64,000 nucleotides of DNA from Nemertoderma westbladi (Eukaryota > Animalia > Xenacoelomorpha), in contig JAUCBJ010004629.1 in assembly GCA_032718475.1 (NCBI GenBank), positions 31,720-95,719 of the forward strand, read 5' to 3'. Under the pieces are notes generated by a model. The model had not been told where the DNA came from and did no database searches. It saw nothing but the letters and a program-made list of their open reading frames with translations. Shown here in pieces: positions 26,001 through 41,000 of this stretch; position 1 is the first letter of the stretch; every line of letters starts with the position of its first letter. The position numbers and the translations under genes were made by a program.

Positions 26001-29000
26001 TAAATACACATCCAAATAAATACTTGCTACATTTATTATTTGTTTTATTTTAGATACTGCAATATTATACTTTATATTAGCCAATCAACTGTTCTTGACA
26101 ACTGTTGCTGTGTTATGGCTAACGTTAAATGAGCAAATTCCTAAAACGGCCTGATTTTTCGGTGTTGCTAATTTTGCGTTTTAAAATAACTCCGCCAATA
26201 TTAATTTTTTGAAGTAATATTGCTCTCTGGGGTTTTCTCACATGCTCTTTCACATGAAACCAACCAAAAAAACTCGATAAAAAATTTCCGAGTCGTCTAC
26301 CCCATTTTGATTGCGCCGAAAGTTCCCCTCCCCTCCCCCGTCCTTTCTGTGGACCGGTGAAGTTCAGCAGATAATGCATTTTACCTTGCTACTACCCTTT
26401 ACCCTGCTAGTACGAAATGTTTTTACTACTTTTTACTAATAACTGATTCGGGTAGGTAATATTGTTGTCATCAATAATCCCACTGATGCCCAACTGGCAT
26501 CATTGATGATTTTCCTAAAATTGACCAAATTCTACCGTGATCATATGCAAAGGCAATTTCGTGCCCCCAGGTGTGTGTTCAACGTTTTTGCTCACTATTA
26601 TTCCAAAGCTCCTGTTTCAACTTATAAAGTGTGCTATATCGTAACGACAATGAATTTTTGAAGATTAACTTGATTTCAAAGAATAATTCAATACCTTTGT
26701 ATTAACATCTATCTGAAATAACTGACTTTATCTGCCTCCATTATTGATAGTGAACCATTAAGAAGACATGAAGACAATAATGATATTTACCTTCGAATAC
26801 TTATCGTTCGGGAAATATGTATCCGGCACCCATATTTTGTCAGCAAATTCTGCGTTGACAGTAATCGGGTCTGCAAAGTTGTGGCTGAGTCTTTCATCCT
26901 GCCAATATTGGCGGAAATATAATGTTACCGTGAAATCCTGCAAAAGGTGAAATAATTAGGAATTATTAAGTTGTTGTTATTGGTCATAAACCATGGGGAT
27001 GGGGAAGAATATACCTAAAAAATTGGTCCAATTACTGCTGTTGGTTTATATTATTCTTATTGATTAATAATTTAGGAAATTTATATGAAATTTATTATGA
27101 AATTCTTAATAAACCACCTTTTAAATAATTAATTGGTTTAATCAACTAAATTTTAGATAATTATTACATTGACAAATATACTCCATTTTTTTTTGTTGAT
27201 AAAATATAACGCCAAAAACCGAAAAGTTCACGGTTACGAATGAAACTACAAAATCCATTGAGGATTCAATGATATATAATTCAACGGTGGCTGACCCACC
27301 TCAGAGACCACCAGATATTAGCCCAACTGTTAAGAATCATGTAGACATTGGAATGAACTGGTAAATTTAATTTGAATTTTTTTACATAAATAGTTTTAAC
27401 TTTCTAAGAGTAATTTATTTATTTATTTAGCCCAGCATATAGCTCACATATAGGTGTACCGTGCTCTAAAATAGAACCTTCGCTTCCGATGCGATGTCCC
27501 ATGCGACTTCCAAATCCTGGACAGACAATATGGGCAATACTACAGTTAAAGCTGTCATGACATCTGCGATAAGGAAGTTTGAACAAATATCTTATTTTTT
27601 TGAACATATTATATACATATTTCAGCATAAATGTTTTTTGTACACACAACTGAATAAATGTTGAGGTACCGGTAATTTTATCGATTTGACTCATGGAATT
27701 GCGACATATTCCGCATACAAATGAATTATAATCACATTGCAACATTTGGTGTACCTACTCTATATCATTGTCAACACATATTAACCACAAGAAGAGGCAA
27801 AAACCACTGTTTGGGCTGTTTCACACTGTTTCAGATTTTAATAGAAATAGTGAACGGCATTCTGTCGAGAAGAGTTACACCCCTCCTACTGACACACAAT
27901 CCTCCACGGCACTCCTTGACATAAAATTCATTAGCCACCAGAACTAATGGTCATATGAAGCGAGCGAATTACCCTGACCATCTCTCCTGGGATCAGGATA
28001 TAACGCATTCTATTCCCATCAACCCATCATTAGCTCAACGTCCAGGTTGTTTCCCTCTGGCCCATTGTATTAACGGACTTCAGGTCCAGGTCCCATCCCA
28101 GCGATCCTAAGCCACATATTTTCTCCTCACTGGCCAAACCAAATCGGTTTTGGAATTGAATTTCATAAAATGAAGGTTCTTTCGCCATGGGCTCCAAATG
28201 AACTATGCTTCACGTGTATTTAGTTTCAACAGGCCATCCTGACAAGTTAGTAAATTGAATAACGTGGCAATGAAGGAGGAGACCCATTGACTTTATAAAT
28301 ACCAACTGTTGCACAATGAGTTCCCTGAATACATCATTTGGATATAAACACGCTAATGACTAACTAACTTTTTTTTGTTCATCCTACTTTTATCTCAATT
28401 CATCAGTTCTACTTGTCTTACTTGCAGTCCATTTACTTGGTTTGGAATGTCCATATTGTCGTCAACATATAGTGCAATCCGCACTGGTATTTTGGATCTT
28501 GGTGACGTATACACTAGGGTTTGAATTAGGTTGGTTTTAGTAAATGCTAGTGAGCTCAAGTGATATACAACCAAAAGTAAAAAATATTCCATAATCAGAA
28601 GCAGTTGATAAGGTCAAGTAACTACCTTTTGCATAATAATAAACTGTTCTTATTAGCAATATTAAACCTCGGTACTGGTACATGTCTCCAAGAACATAGT
28701 ATATATTCCTATTAAATTCATGCATTGAATTCCTTTCTATTGAATAAGCACTATGTTCATGTTCAAGAAGTCCTGTCGCCCAGAATTGATGCTCATAACG
28801 CCCTAACTGATATCAGTACTAATTAATGACCACCAAGTACTATTCTACGAATGTACATGTACAAGTATCATTCCATACTAGTGAGCCTACATGCATAGAC
28901 GTACCATGTTTACTTCACTGATTTTGTCAAAACTCGCCAATGCGATGTCAGCAATTACACTAACAGGCTTTGTTTGATCTGAAAAATAAACAAATATAAT

Positions 29001-32000
29001 ATAGTTTGAAATGAAAATAATTATAAATTAATTTAAGAGTAAATAAAAATGTTGGATAATTTTCTCACTAATACTTCATATAAATAATAATTAATATACT
29101 TGAAAAGGTTCTGGACAGGACAACAATATTGTTTTTATTGTTGAGTTGATGGAGATAAATGAAAACAGACAGTACGCGGTAACAATTAAATTCATATTTA
29201 ATTTACAGGATGGTAATTATAAATAAATATGAATATGTATGAATAGATAAATTTTCGAACAATCCGTACTTTTTCAAGTCTACATTTCTGCTACTAGTAC
29301 ATTACTGTATAGTGAAGGCTGTATCAGTGTACTAGTGGATCCTAATAAAAATAGATTGGAATGGAGGGGAATTTGAATTATTCTAAACTGTATGCACTGC
29401 ATATTATCAAATTTAAATTAATACTATTTTACACCAAATCCTTCCTCATAAATCCCAAATCCTTTTCTAATCTAAATTACCCTAAATTATTACAAATACT
29501 CGAATATAAGGTTATAAAAATTGCACCAGAAAATGTATATAAAATATATTAAAATATATATGCAATGAATAGTATTCTATTCATAATTGTGAATACACGT
29601 TGAATTGGTAAAAACAATACACGCATTCAGAAACCAGAGTCAATGGCGCGAAATGACCGCAAACACAAAATAATTTTAGTGGGTTTTAAAAATTGGTTTA
29701 ATTTAATTAAAAACATTAAGGGAAAGGAGCAGGTTACAGTGGCGGTGTTTTCTAACCAAAACAATAAACTATAAATTATTTCACTTGTGGTCAAAGTGCG
29801 CCACTATCTGAGAAACCATCATATAAATTTCCAATATAGAAGAGTGTGTTCTCTATGTTCTTGAATTTACTATCTTAAAGCGTTGTTAAATAAACTGCAT
29901 ATAATGTGAGAAAGGGCCGGTTGCATGGCTACTGTTAGTAAGAGAGATACTTAATTACTTGAATATATACGCCATATTATTAGCATAGATTAGATTACAC
30001 CATGGCATTGTCAGCCCAAATTATATATAGGTTAGTGTGTACTTGTCTAAATTATGGGAAGACCCCAAAATGATTAGTTTGATCTGTCCCGGAGCCTTTG
30101 AGTTTGTTGAGATGTGGCCCAACAAATCATCCATCGAAGTTGGTGATGGTGCAATGGTTTAACCCCTGATGACCTCTTAACACAGACTGTTGATGTGGCC
30201 TATTGGTGAGATTTTCATGCTAGCATGTTGTGTTTCGGAAACTAGCATGCCGATTGTCAGACAATATCTTTATTTTGATATTGAAATTTGAATTAGCTTT
30301 TACTGGATTAGAAATTTGTGGTGAAAATTCAATTTGTGGAAGGATTTGAAAGGGAGTGAAAGGAAGAATTATAGTGGCTCCCATGATCAATGTATATCCG
30401 AATGTCCAGCTTGCAATGTTACATAACCTTATTTGGTTCTGACGGCCAAGTACAGTGGGGGATTGAACCCAGTGGTAGTAGATGATTGTATTGTAAAGAT
30501 GGGAGGCTATGAGGACGTAAATTGCGGACACACAAGGTAGTAATTTTCCAGGTTTACATTTTACCTGAGCCGCTAGCTGAATGGTTAGAGCGTCAGACTT
30601 CCAACCTGAAGGAAGTTTGATCCCACCTGGATGTCATTGTCGACTTTGCAAAGCTGTGCCCAACGAAAGTTATAATTATGTGGTCTGATAGAGCTACACC
30701 ACTAGGACCAGAGAACGCAATTTTGGGCTGAGAAATGATAAAACAGCAGTTGATAAAACAGCCCATGTTGTGTACATGAATGCTGGAGCTGTATTGTTAT
30801 ATGCAGACTGCAGAGGCAGTGAAAGACAATTATATTTACATCAAGATATTTCCTTTATGGATTAATACTAAAGTAGCGGATGCATCTACAAATATTAGCT
30901 AACGGTGAGTCGAAGATGTCTTCAAGAGAAATTTAAATTTCCTGGAGCCAATAAACGTTTATAGGAGTTGATTGAAGAGAGATGACTGTGGGGGAACAAA
31001 CCCCTTAGGGACCATTTATAAGGTAATATGATACACACGTAGTGACTGGTAGATCAGTTTTCCAACTGACTATACATTTTACTCTAGGTAATAAATTACA
31101 GTGGAACCTAAACTAAGGAAGCAAGATTGTGCATTATGAAACACCATTCTTCCAGATAGATTTGTATGATACTGAGGGACAGACTGAAACCTGTAATGTC
31201 ATTATCTACCATGGTGGCTCTATACAGAAAATTTAGCTCTAAACTAACACTGGTATCAGTAACACAAAGAAGGTACGCTGCAAACTTGGCCCGTGAGAAA
31301 TCTTCCCCAGTGGCCAATCTTCGCCAGGAGTAATCTTCGCCCACAAAATGAGCAACTATCGCCCGCAGGCAATCTTCGCCCGCGAGCAAGCTTCGCCCAA
31401 TAAACAATTATTGTTTTGGTTAGAAAAAGCCGTCTCTGTAACCTGCTCATTTCCCTTAATTTGTTACTAAAATGGTTACTAACACAAATCTTATTGGGCG
31501 AAGGTTGCTCGCGGTCGAAGATTGTCTTGAGGGCGAAGGTATCCCCCGGGCGAAGGTTGTACACAGGCGAAGGTTGTACGCGGGCGAAGATTGCACCCAA
31601 CTCACAAAGAGTAGGCAATACTTTAATAGATTAGAGATTAATAAAATAAAAAGTTGGCCTAATTACATTTGACTGAAAAACGATATTTTATTCAAAGTTG
31701 CATTGTATTGTAGGGTCTCCTCTCCCCATCAATTTAACAAAGGTTGGATCTAAAAAATAAATGAAAACAGGGTATGGTGCATTCGATGATAAAATATCTA
31801 CCAGAGTCCTACGAGCCTGTCAACGGGGATACAACCAACAGGGAAAGATACCCAATAAGGGCCAATAGCCAATACGAACGAGTATGTTTATAATTATAGG
31901 TGGTGATCAGCCATGGCTTATTGAGACTAAAAGATTATCTCATTCATTACTAATGAATTAAAAGTGAGATTCAGTTGGCAATGAGATTAAGTTAAAAGGG

Positions 32001-35000
32001 AAAAATAATGAAGCAGGCCACATTGGAACCAAATGAATTACATTGATTCCTGTAATGTTTAATGACGAGTAGTGTTTTTCATAAGATTAGTGTTATATGA
32101 TACAAATTTAGATACCCCCTTCCTTCCCCGTCTTCGGCAATCAAATAATCACAATTGCTTCTGATTTATAACTCTATAAATGAGTTCCAATTTATTCTAG
32201 AAATCCATTCCTGATCTGAATATCTTGATATCCTTGGAGATTAACAGATGGTTTTTCTTTGGGTGATACATGTTGATTATTGCGAAAAAAAAGCTTAATT
32301 TCTAAAACAATTTAGTAAACGAAAATAAAATTCAATTTCAGAAATCCAAGGTTTACAAAGTTTGCCTGGATTTAATTTCAATGAATTTTAATAAGGAAAA
32401 CAAACTGCTACTGCGATGGTAATTTCTTATGTTTGAAAATCCCTAATTCACAAGTTGAATTAGATCCATAATCTATTATATAGTGTGAGTAAAGGAGGCA
32501 AAACAGTGTTGGGTGTCATTTATTGCTTACTTCCGTTGGTTTCTTAAACTTTCTCCACTGGAGTTTATTCATTCATTACCTAATATTATAATTAATATGG
32601 GTTTCGTCTTTCCTGACAACAGATATAATACTAGTATCGAAGATTTGTAATAATAAGTTAATTTACTTTATGAGATAGGGCGAATTACTTACAGACCTGA
32701 AGTGCGACCCACGGCGTCCCAAATAACATAGAACATTTTTTTTTTCAATATTCTCTCGACCATTTATTAAGCTCGCTGGCGCTCGGTAAATAAAATGCCT
32801 CGAGAATAATGAAAAAAAGTTCTACTTTTTTTCCCACGTAATAAATAATTATATATTTTGTGGTACATTATTATTTCAAATAATTAAACCTGTCGTAATG
32901 TATATTAATTTTAGTTTAGTATAGGACCTTGAAACACGACAACCCCTGGCTTTCCCAAAATTAATCACTGTCATGGCTAAAATTTATAGTTCAGTAATAA
33001 TTTTGAGAAGATTTGTCATCCATTACATGGATACATTAGAGGCGTAATTATAATGGAACTTTGGAACCCAATAAGGTACCCCACACCTCCCTGATTCCCG
33101 AAGGCATCTATCTTGTCTCGTCTACAATTTTTAAATTGAAATAAAAGCTATTTGTTTAAATTAAAGTTGACGTGAAATAGATTATTGGATTTACAATTTC
33201 AGCCAACTCTTGCCCTTGCCTTGCTCAACACGCTACTATAACTAACTGGAGCAGCTTCATAACTATCATTGGAATTGCAATAGTCGGATCAATTTAACCC
33301 TATTAAACCCGGGGGAGGGGGGGGGGGGTCAATATGACCCACCCACGTAGTTTTTTTGTTATAATTCTGACTTTTTGGTGATGGGTACGAAATTTGGTGC
33401 TAGCACCAAAATTTGCCAAATTTCGCCGAAAATAGGAGTAGCAATGATCTGGCATGTTAGAAATGTATTCCATTCCATTAGAATCAGCGCCCTAGAAAAC
33501 CAGAAAATGTGAATTTATAGCAGAGTATAAGTGAATTAAAAATTTTGTGTTCTAACTGAAAAGTGCTGCTTACTTATTTTTTTCATTTTTTTCCTACGCA
33601 GAGAGGACAAAAACAGCCATTTATAGTAATCAGATCATTTTTCAATATTTTCGAATGGATTTAGCGCCCCAGAAAACCTGTATTGAAAAACAATTAGACG
33701 AAAAATGTAAGTTTCAAATTTTGTGAAAATTGTGCACAACTTGTAATTTTGGTGCTGCAATATAACCACCCCAGTACATTTTTTCGAAAATTGTTTTTTT
33801 CGGTCGGATCCAGACTAATGAAACCTACGTACGAACAAAAAATCATGCAAATTTTAACTTAAATGTTTGTACATTACGCAATGATTGACGTATATAGAGC
33901 GAGTGGCCGTGGCGGATATGTTCTACGATAGCAATATGCAGTAAGTGTGTCCATCATACCAATAGAGAGAGTGGTTCCGGTTTTGGGCAATATGATCTCA
34001 CTGTTGTTATACAATGCCTCATGAATTAAATGTGCATTTTACACCATCAAATGTACCCTATGTAGCATCATGCTGATGTATGACCATATTTTCCAGCATT
34101 CAGAAGGTTTGATAATTTACAGGAGCTGTAAAACTCAAGAAATATCAGATCGTAAGGACATATTCTCCAGGGATGGCTAGCTTGAGCACTGGGTGACTTC
34201 TGTTACTTGGGATCATTATAACTTTTGTTGGGCACAGCTTACTAAAGTCGGCAATGACGACCAGAGGTGGGTTCGAACTGGTAAACTCCGGGTTGAAAGC
34301 CTGACGGCCTAACCATAACAAAATGCAGGCAGTGCACAAAAGTGGTTAAATTTAAAAGGAAAATGTATTAAAGTTATAGCATGTTAGGCCAGGATAATAA
34401 TATAGATAGAAAATTAAAGAATGAATTTAAGGTGAAATTTAAGGTAAAAATATCCGAAGCACGAAACCAAACTAAATTAATAAGGCGACCATGCAATATA
34501 AAGAATAATGTACAGTATAAAGTAGCTAAGTGAATTGTCATGTACGGTGAATTGGGGCTGAAAAATATAATGGTGGAAGGTTACCAAAAAATATTTGAGG
34601 CAGAAAGCTCGTAGTATATTATTTATTTTTCTGTTGTGGGTGTCGGACTTTCGTCTGTCTCATGTAAATTATCTTTGCATCAAACATACTGAATGCAATG
34701 ATCGGCCACGACATTGTACAACAGAGCAAATTATGTTAAAAATGAAAAGGAAGAATGAGAAGTGTAAGACAGCTTCAAAGATGAGAAGCGTATGACTCTT
34801 GATCAATGTCCAGTCAGTCAGTAAAGGGTCATTAAGCTACAAATAATTTATTTTATTTGAAAAAGTCTCTTTTACTCACTAATATTTTTAAAATTAAGTT
34901 AATTAATCAAACGTTTTTTCACTAATTTCCTGAAAATTAGTTTAAAAAAGTATTTTTTTATCTTTTTTTTTGGAAAATTCGTTAGTAAAACTCTTTTTTA

Positions 35001-38000
35001 ACTAATTATAAAAAATTATTTGTAATTCATCATACAGCTCACACATTAAGCAAATGAAACTAAATTGTTTATGCCGGGACCGGTACGGTATATCGACAGG
35101 TACAGACAGACTGACGGTTGTAGTGTAGACTTCAATGTGTAAAAAGGAATTACCAGTACTTAGATAATGTCAATAAACCATTTGTACTGTGTTTAATCGG
35201 TTTTTGAAATAGGCCAGGGCCATCCAGCAGAATGGCAGGGAGAAGTACCGGACCTATGGTAGGCCATAGGCCTAATACAATAACAACATCCTTCTTGACG
35301 ATCTGGAATTGTCTGGAGGTGCTCCACATTTTAAAGAGAAGGTTGACGCTACGGTTTTTCGGAAGATTCCTACGAATTACCTATAATACCCCAGAATACA
35401 CCAAAACACCTATCCCAAAACAGTTCAAAAATACCTTAACAGTATTAACTGTAAGCTGGTAAGGGAACGGATCAGGTAACTGATTTTGGTGTGTTTTGTG
35501 GTAATTCGTGGGACCGGCAACTTCTGCCTAAGAAATCCAAGGACACAGTGATAATGCTGGTGATACTTTTTTCACTAAAACAATATATTCTATATAAAAC
35601 GTAATGGAAAACACTATTTTCCACTCATTTTCTTTAGCAAAATTCAGATACTCTGACCTCTGCCCTGCACTCGGACAGAATAGTTGAATTTCGTTAAATT
35701 GAAAATGAGTGAAAAAAGCGGTGTTTTCCGCTTACTTTTTTTTGTCGAATAAAAGTCCTTTTTCATTTATATATTCGGTTAATAATATTTAAACCTTAAT
35801 TCACTTAAAAAGTCACCTATATACTCTAAGACAATTTCAAAATACCAAGAATTATACTGTACCATGACCTAATATAGTTAAATGAATAAAAATATTTTGT
35901 GTCGATTCTCTTCAAAATAATTAGAACTACACGGAATATCAATCGATATTATTTTCATGCAAGAGTAAATTGGCCCATGCAGTATCTTTTGAAGACAAGA
36001 ATGCTACGTCGGGTCGAAAAGTACAATACACTCCAACCAGACACTATACAGCATTGCAGGTGTCTCATTGGTCCCACCAAGCTTGACATTAGAACAAAGC
36101 CGCATCCGCTTTGCAGGACATTGTTTTCGCCGTGAGAACCAGCCTGTGCACAATCTTTTGCTTTGGCAGCCCCATAGAGAAAATAAGCATGGTGGACAGC
36201 CCATGACTTTCTTGAGACGCATCTTAAAGGACACTGGCCTTGAAGATGCGGATAATCTCGCTGAAGTCATGGGTGATAGGGAGTTGTGGCGGCGTTACCG
36301 ACTACCGATCCAAAGTGAATGTGGTGTATTGTATATATCAGCTCGATTATACATACCCCCCCCCCCCCCCCCCACGTGATATCCGTCTGACCAGGAACTA
36401 AAGTACCTCGATTACCGACGGTTGGCTCTCAATTCTTCATAAACTCCACTTTAATTAGGGTTCAATTATGGTTTCCATTTAATTTTAGCTGTGTATCTTA
36501 TAGTTAGTTCTATTATTCTGTTTTTGTGAGTGTTTGGTTTCTATACTAAATTGGTTCTCTTTGATTGCGTACTTGATCTTTGTATATATTTTTTTACTAT
36601 TGTCAGGATCTAATTTGTGTTAGTTGTTTACTTTTGTCTGGGTTCCTAATTATCATAATAGGATCTATTAAGTGCGTACGTTAACTTTTAATGATTAAAC
36701 TGAGCAGTGCGTGGTTGTTTATATTTATTAACTTTCTACTTTGTTCGCTCCAATATTTCACTTATTTTTCAGTTCTTCTTAATGTTATTTGTTTGTCGTT
36801 CTTTAATTATTATATTGAATCTACTTTGTGCTGCTGTGGTTATTTGTGTGGGATTTCTTTTTGTTTATGTTTGTTCCGATAGTTACATTCGAAGCGTTAT
36901 GGGGAGTGCTACAGGGAGACACACTTGCACCATTCTTATTCGTAATTGTCGGTGACTTTGTTGTACGCATGTCCTTAGATCATCATAATGATGATGGGGT
37001 GATGATAACTCCACCCATTGGCTCCAGAAGTCGAGGAAATCCTGCGAAGTACCTAACTGATCTAGACTTTGTTGATCTAGACTTTGCTTCTAGTGTTGGT
37101 CTTATTGTTAACTCCAAAAGACCAAAATTTTGACAGTAAACTTTGAAAGTCCTGAACAAATCTCTGATCAGATGAGCATAAGCTCAAAGGATGGTATGCT
37201 TGATTGAGCATGTGGACGACTTCTGTTACAGCATTTACAAACTGACATTGGATGCTGCCTGTTCTATTAAGTTATCTGAAAGTCGTTGATATCAGCAAGT
37301 CAAGGTCTATTAAGATTATTGGTAGTTTTCCTATATCTCAACATAAAAGCCAACACATGACACTTAATATGTGTCGCTATCTGCATCTGTTATGGGAACA
37401 AATATTGTGGAACCATTTTGATTGCAGAAATTATACCAGTTAAGAACATTTCTTTCTTCGCATCAATATGTAAAAAGCACACTAGATAGTGTGAGATAGA
37501 TTGACATATTTATATTTATTGCAACCATTGCCTCATTATTTTGATACTTGTCCCGTTGTAATGTAACCCTTGAGCCACTGCAACTCATCAGGCTGTAAGA
37601 ATAATACAACTTAAGAGGCTAAGCCAGAGAAGCAGGACATTCAAATCTATATCTGAATGAAAAGGTGTCTAGAAATGGTAATTGAAAACATACTCATACT
37701 CAACCCATGGTGAAAACATTCACGACCAACACCATTGCTGGACAACTATTCCTTAGAATAATTATTATATTGCCAGAGGTACTTCCAACCATGCTGCTAT
37801 CCAACTGGCAAACACGTAGTGGAATACAAGTAAAGTTATAAAATAACAAATTATTACCACAGTTTATAACCTATGTTAGCACAGTTTATAACCTATGTTA
37901 GCACAGTTTATAACCTATATTAGCACAGTTTATAACCTATGTTAGCACAGTTTATAACCTATGTTAGCACAGTTTATAACCTATATTAGCACAGTTTATA

Positions 38001-41000
38001 ACCTATGTTAGCACAGTTTATAACCTATGTTAGCACAGTTTATAACCTATGTTAGCACAGTTTATAACCTATGTTAGCACAGTTTATAACCTATATTAGC
38101 ACAGTTTATAACCTATGTTAGCACAGTTTATAACCTATGTTAGCACAGTTTATAACCTATGTTAGCACAGTTTATAACCTATGTTAGCACAGTTTATAAC
38201 CTATGTTAGCACAGCTTATAACCTATGTTAGCACAGTTTATAACCTATGTTAGCACAGTTTATAACATATGTTAGCACAGTTTATAACCTATGTTAGCAC
38301 AGTAGCACCCCGACAAAATTTAGAAAGACACTGTATTTGCAATGATTCATAATTGTTCGTTATGTTTGTCCTTTATGGATAAGAAAATTTGATTTAATAA
38401 TAAGATCCTGTTATTGAAGTTATTAAATGGAGACTAAACTACACTCTGCGCTGCTCAGACAGCCAACCACAGACAACAGTTTAAGATGTGGTGCATACAA
38501 TGGGTAGGACAAGGGACAAACAAAGGGGAAAATATATATTTGTTACCCATTATAAATAAAATGGTTAGGTAGGTGGTAAGGTACGAACATATAGTATTTA
38601 CCCGTTGTTACACTCTTCTATCCCCTTGAAATTACAATTACCATGCGTAATGTGTATTTATATTTATTCTGTATTGTCAGTGAACATTAATTATTTGACT
38701 ATACCAAACAGGGTACATATTATGTGCTGTAACGCCCTACAACCTCTCATTAAGAACAATTGTTAGACAGCACATCTCTTCTATCTCTAACTCCCAATTT
38801 GACATGGACAAAACTGGACATGTCCAACAGCAGGACCATATAATAGTGAGTGTGGGCGTCTTGATGCATGAAATATAAGAATAAGGGATATCTACTTCAT
38901 CGCAACTTCCACTACCATTGACATTGGCTGGAACTCATCTGCCAGTAGTCATGTCTATAATATATTGCGGATGACTTCTCCATACTATGTCAACCCAACC
39001 ATTGCACTTGTTCAGCCATTGTTAGATAAACCTTTTCCTGACCAAGTCACAAGCAAAGTCACAGACCTCCCTTGTCTGGCATTCCTATACACCTATTGCA
39101 GGCATCCATAAGGTCGACTTGAGGGTTCTATTATATAGTCTACGAAGGAACATTACAGTGACAGGTTCTACTACATTACCGACATAGTGGTAGCGAGGAA
39201 CCCCACTTAAAGCAACACTTACTGTGGTTATTGCCTGACCTGACTGCCTAGATGAGATACTATCCAACTGCTAATTCAAATATTCTGCCTTATAAGGTTT
39301 ACTTGGTGATGGTGTCATATCCAACTGTTTTTTAAATTAATTTTCAGTGCATTTTCTTCTGGCTAACTAGCTTTCAACATTTCATTGATCTGCATATTTT
39401 CAGACATAAATATTTATCGATAATTCATTCTGCGACCAATCGAGATTATTGATTTCAACAAAACCCTAGTGTGGTTGTGGTACCAGCTGCAGTGAAGAGT
39501 TATGTCCTTGGGCAAGCCCTATTGTTGGTCTGGATGAATTAAAAATAATGGATTTTTCACGCAAGTAAATATGAGATTAGTTTATAAGCTTCCGATAAAT
39601 AAATAGGATTATGAAATCTAAATTTACCTCTGCCATACAAGCATTTATTTATTTGCTTTATTTATCCCCTGGAATTGATAAAAGGAAGACCGGTTAACTT
39701 ACTGGGATTGGAGTAGCTCCACCCCTACCTCCGGGTAGCAGCTATCGAAAGAGGAACCTTCGGGTACCTTTTAGTGTCCTTCTATTGTCTGTTTGGGTGA
39801 ATTTCATTGGTTTAAATCATTAGCGAATACTTTAATTGAAGAAAATAGACAAATTCTGAAAGCCTCGAAGTATATTAATTCACAATAGTTATCACTGACT
39901 TTTGAGCATAAATTAAGTGTTAGCAGCAATTATGTAACACCTAGTATTATAGCTTATCGTTCTATCTGGATTGCTCTTTAACCAATAACAGCATTCAATT
40001 TGATGGCGACAGATACTAAAAGGCCGAATAGCTTTCTAACTTTTGAGCCTTAGAGAACAGAACACGAACACTGTAATTTAAATTCCAAATTCTGAATATA
40101 ACAAAACTACAAACCTCCAAAATTCGGGCGCAACTTATTGTCATATATGACCCGTTCACCAGGAGCGCATGTAGAAGAATCACACGATTTATTTAAAAGG
40201 GTGTGTTCCAGGTTTATGTATGGTTGCAAGGATTCTCTAAAATAAAGGAAATGAAATAAAATTAATTAACGTAATATATAAAATAAATGAACGATTTAAT
40301 TTGTGTTTAATTTTATTTTCGCTGAACTTTTGACAAATACTAATTTTTTAAAGCTTTTATGGAGCATTGAATGAACACACAAGTAAAGTAAAGTGATTGG
40401 TGAATGTGTGAAACACGACCCACTGGAAGCAACCCGAAGGCTCCTCACTCCCGGCTGTTGTTACGTGTAAGGCGAGGAAGGCACCACACTAACTCCCAAG
40501 GCCCAATACTCACAATCAATCCCATTACAGATGGGTTTACTGCAGCTAGTTCCTTAGAGTTAACAGATTAACGAAAACTGGGTTGTTCGTTTTCTGGGGC
40601 TCGAACCCACGATCTTCCGACATGAACAATCCTACGCAATGAACACACAAGCCCTAACAAGCAGAAATATGATGGTCCCAAGTTTGTGGCGCTGCTTCTC
40701 AAAGGTTAGTTTCTATGTTTAGTTTCATTAATTTATCTAATTGTGGATTTTTAAATTAACTAAATTCTAATTTTACCTAGATATCATATGATTGTATTAT
40801 TAACTTTATGCATTAAGTTAATGTCATTTTCTGTGTTTTGACTAACAATTTTATCGTAACAAATTCCACATTTATAATTTAAATTTATTCAATTATTGAT
40901 TATTAATTTAAAAATCGTTTATAAATAATTTTAAATAAATCCCTAATAATTTATTTCAATATATTGTTAATTAGTTATGATATAATAGAATACATAAAAT

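Noticed and set aside
27419-27930. Cys-rich fragment, possibly a decayed transposase
   Set aside because: Too degenerate to assign without a profile search.
30567-30635. tRNA gene (Gly/Glu-like anticodon loop)
   Set aside because: The acceptor stem and T-arm are incomplete, it runs into a shared repeat body, and the anticodon differs between copies. It is a SINE head.
29720-31455. Single 1.7-kb Kolobok element with TTAA TSDs
   Set aside because: The ends match, but the right end lies inside another palindromic MITE, so the two ends may be independent fragments.
31810-31935. Hydrophobic minus-strand segment as the beta signal-peptide exon
   Set aside because: It has no in-frame ATG, and better exons were found at 40115-40236 and 41032-41147.
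37858-38303. CRISPR-like array
   Set aside because: The repeats are contiguous with no unique spacers, there are no cas genes, and the array lies in a eukaryotic intron.
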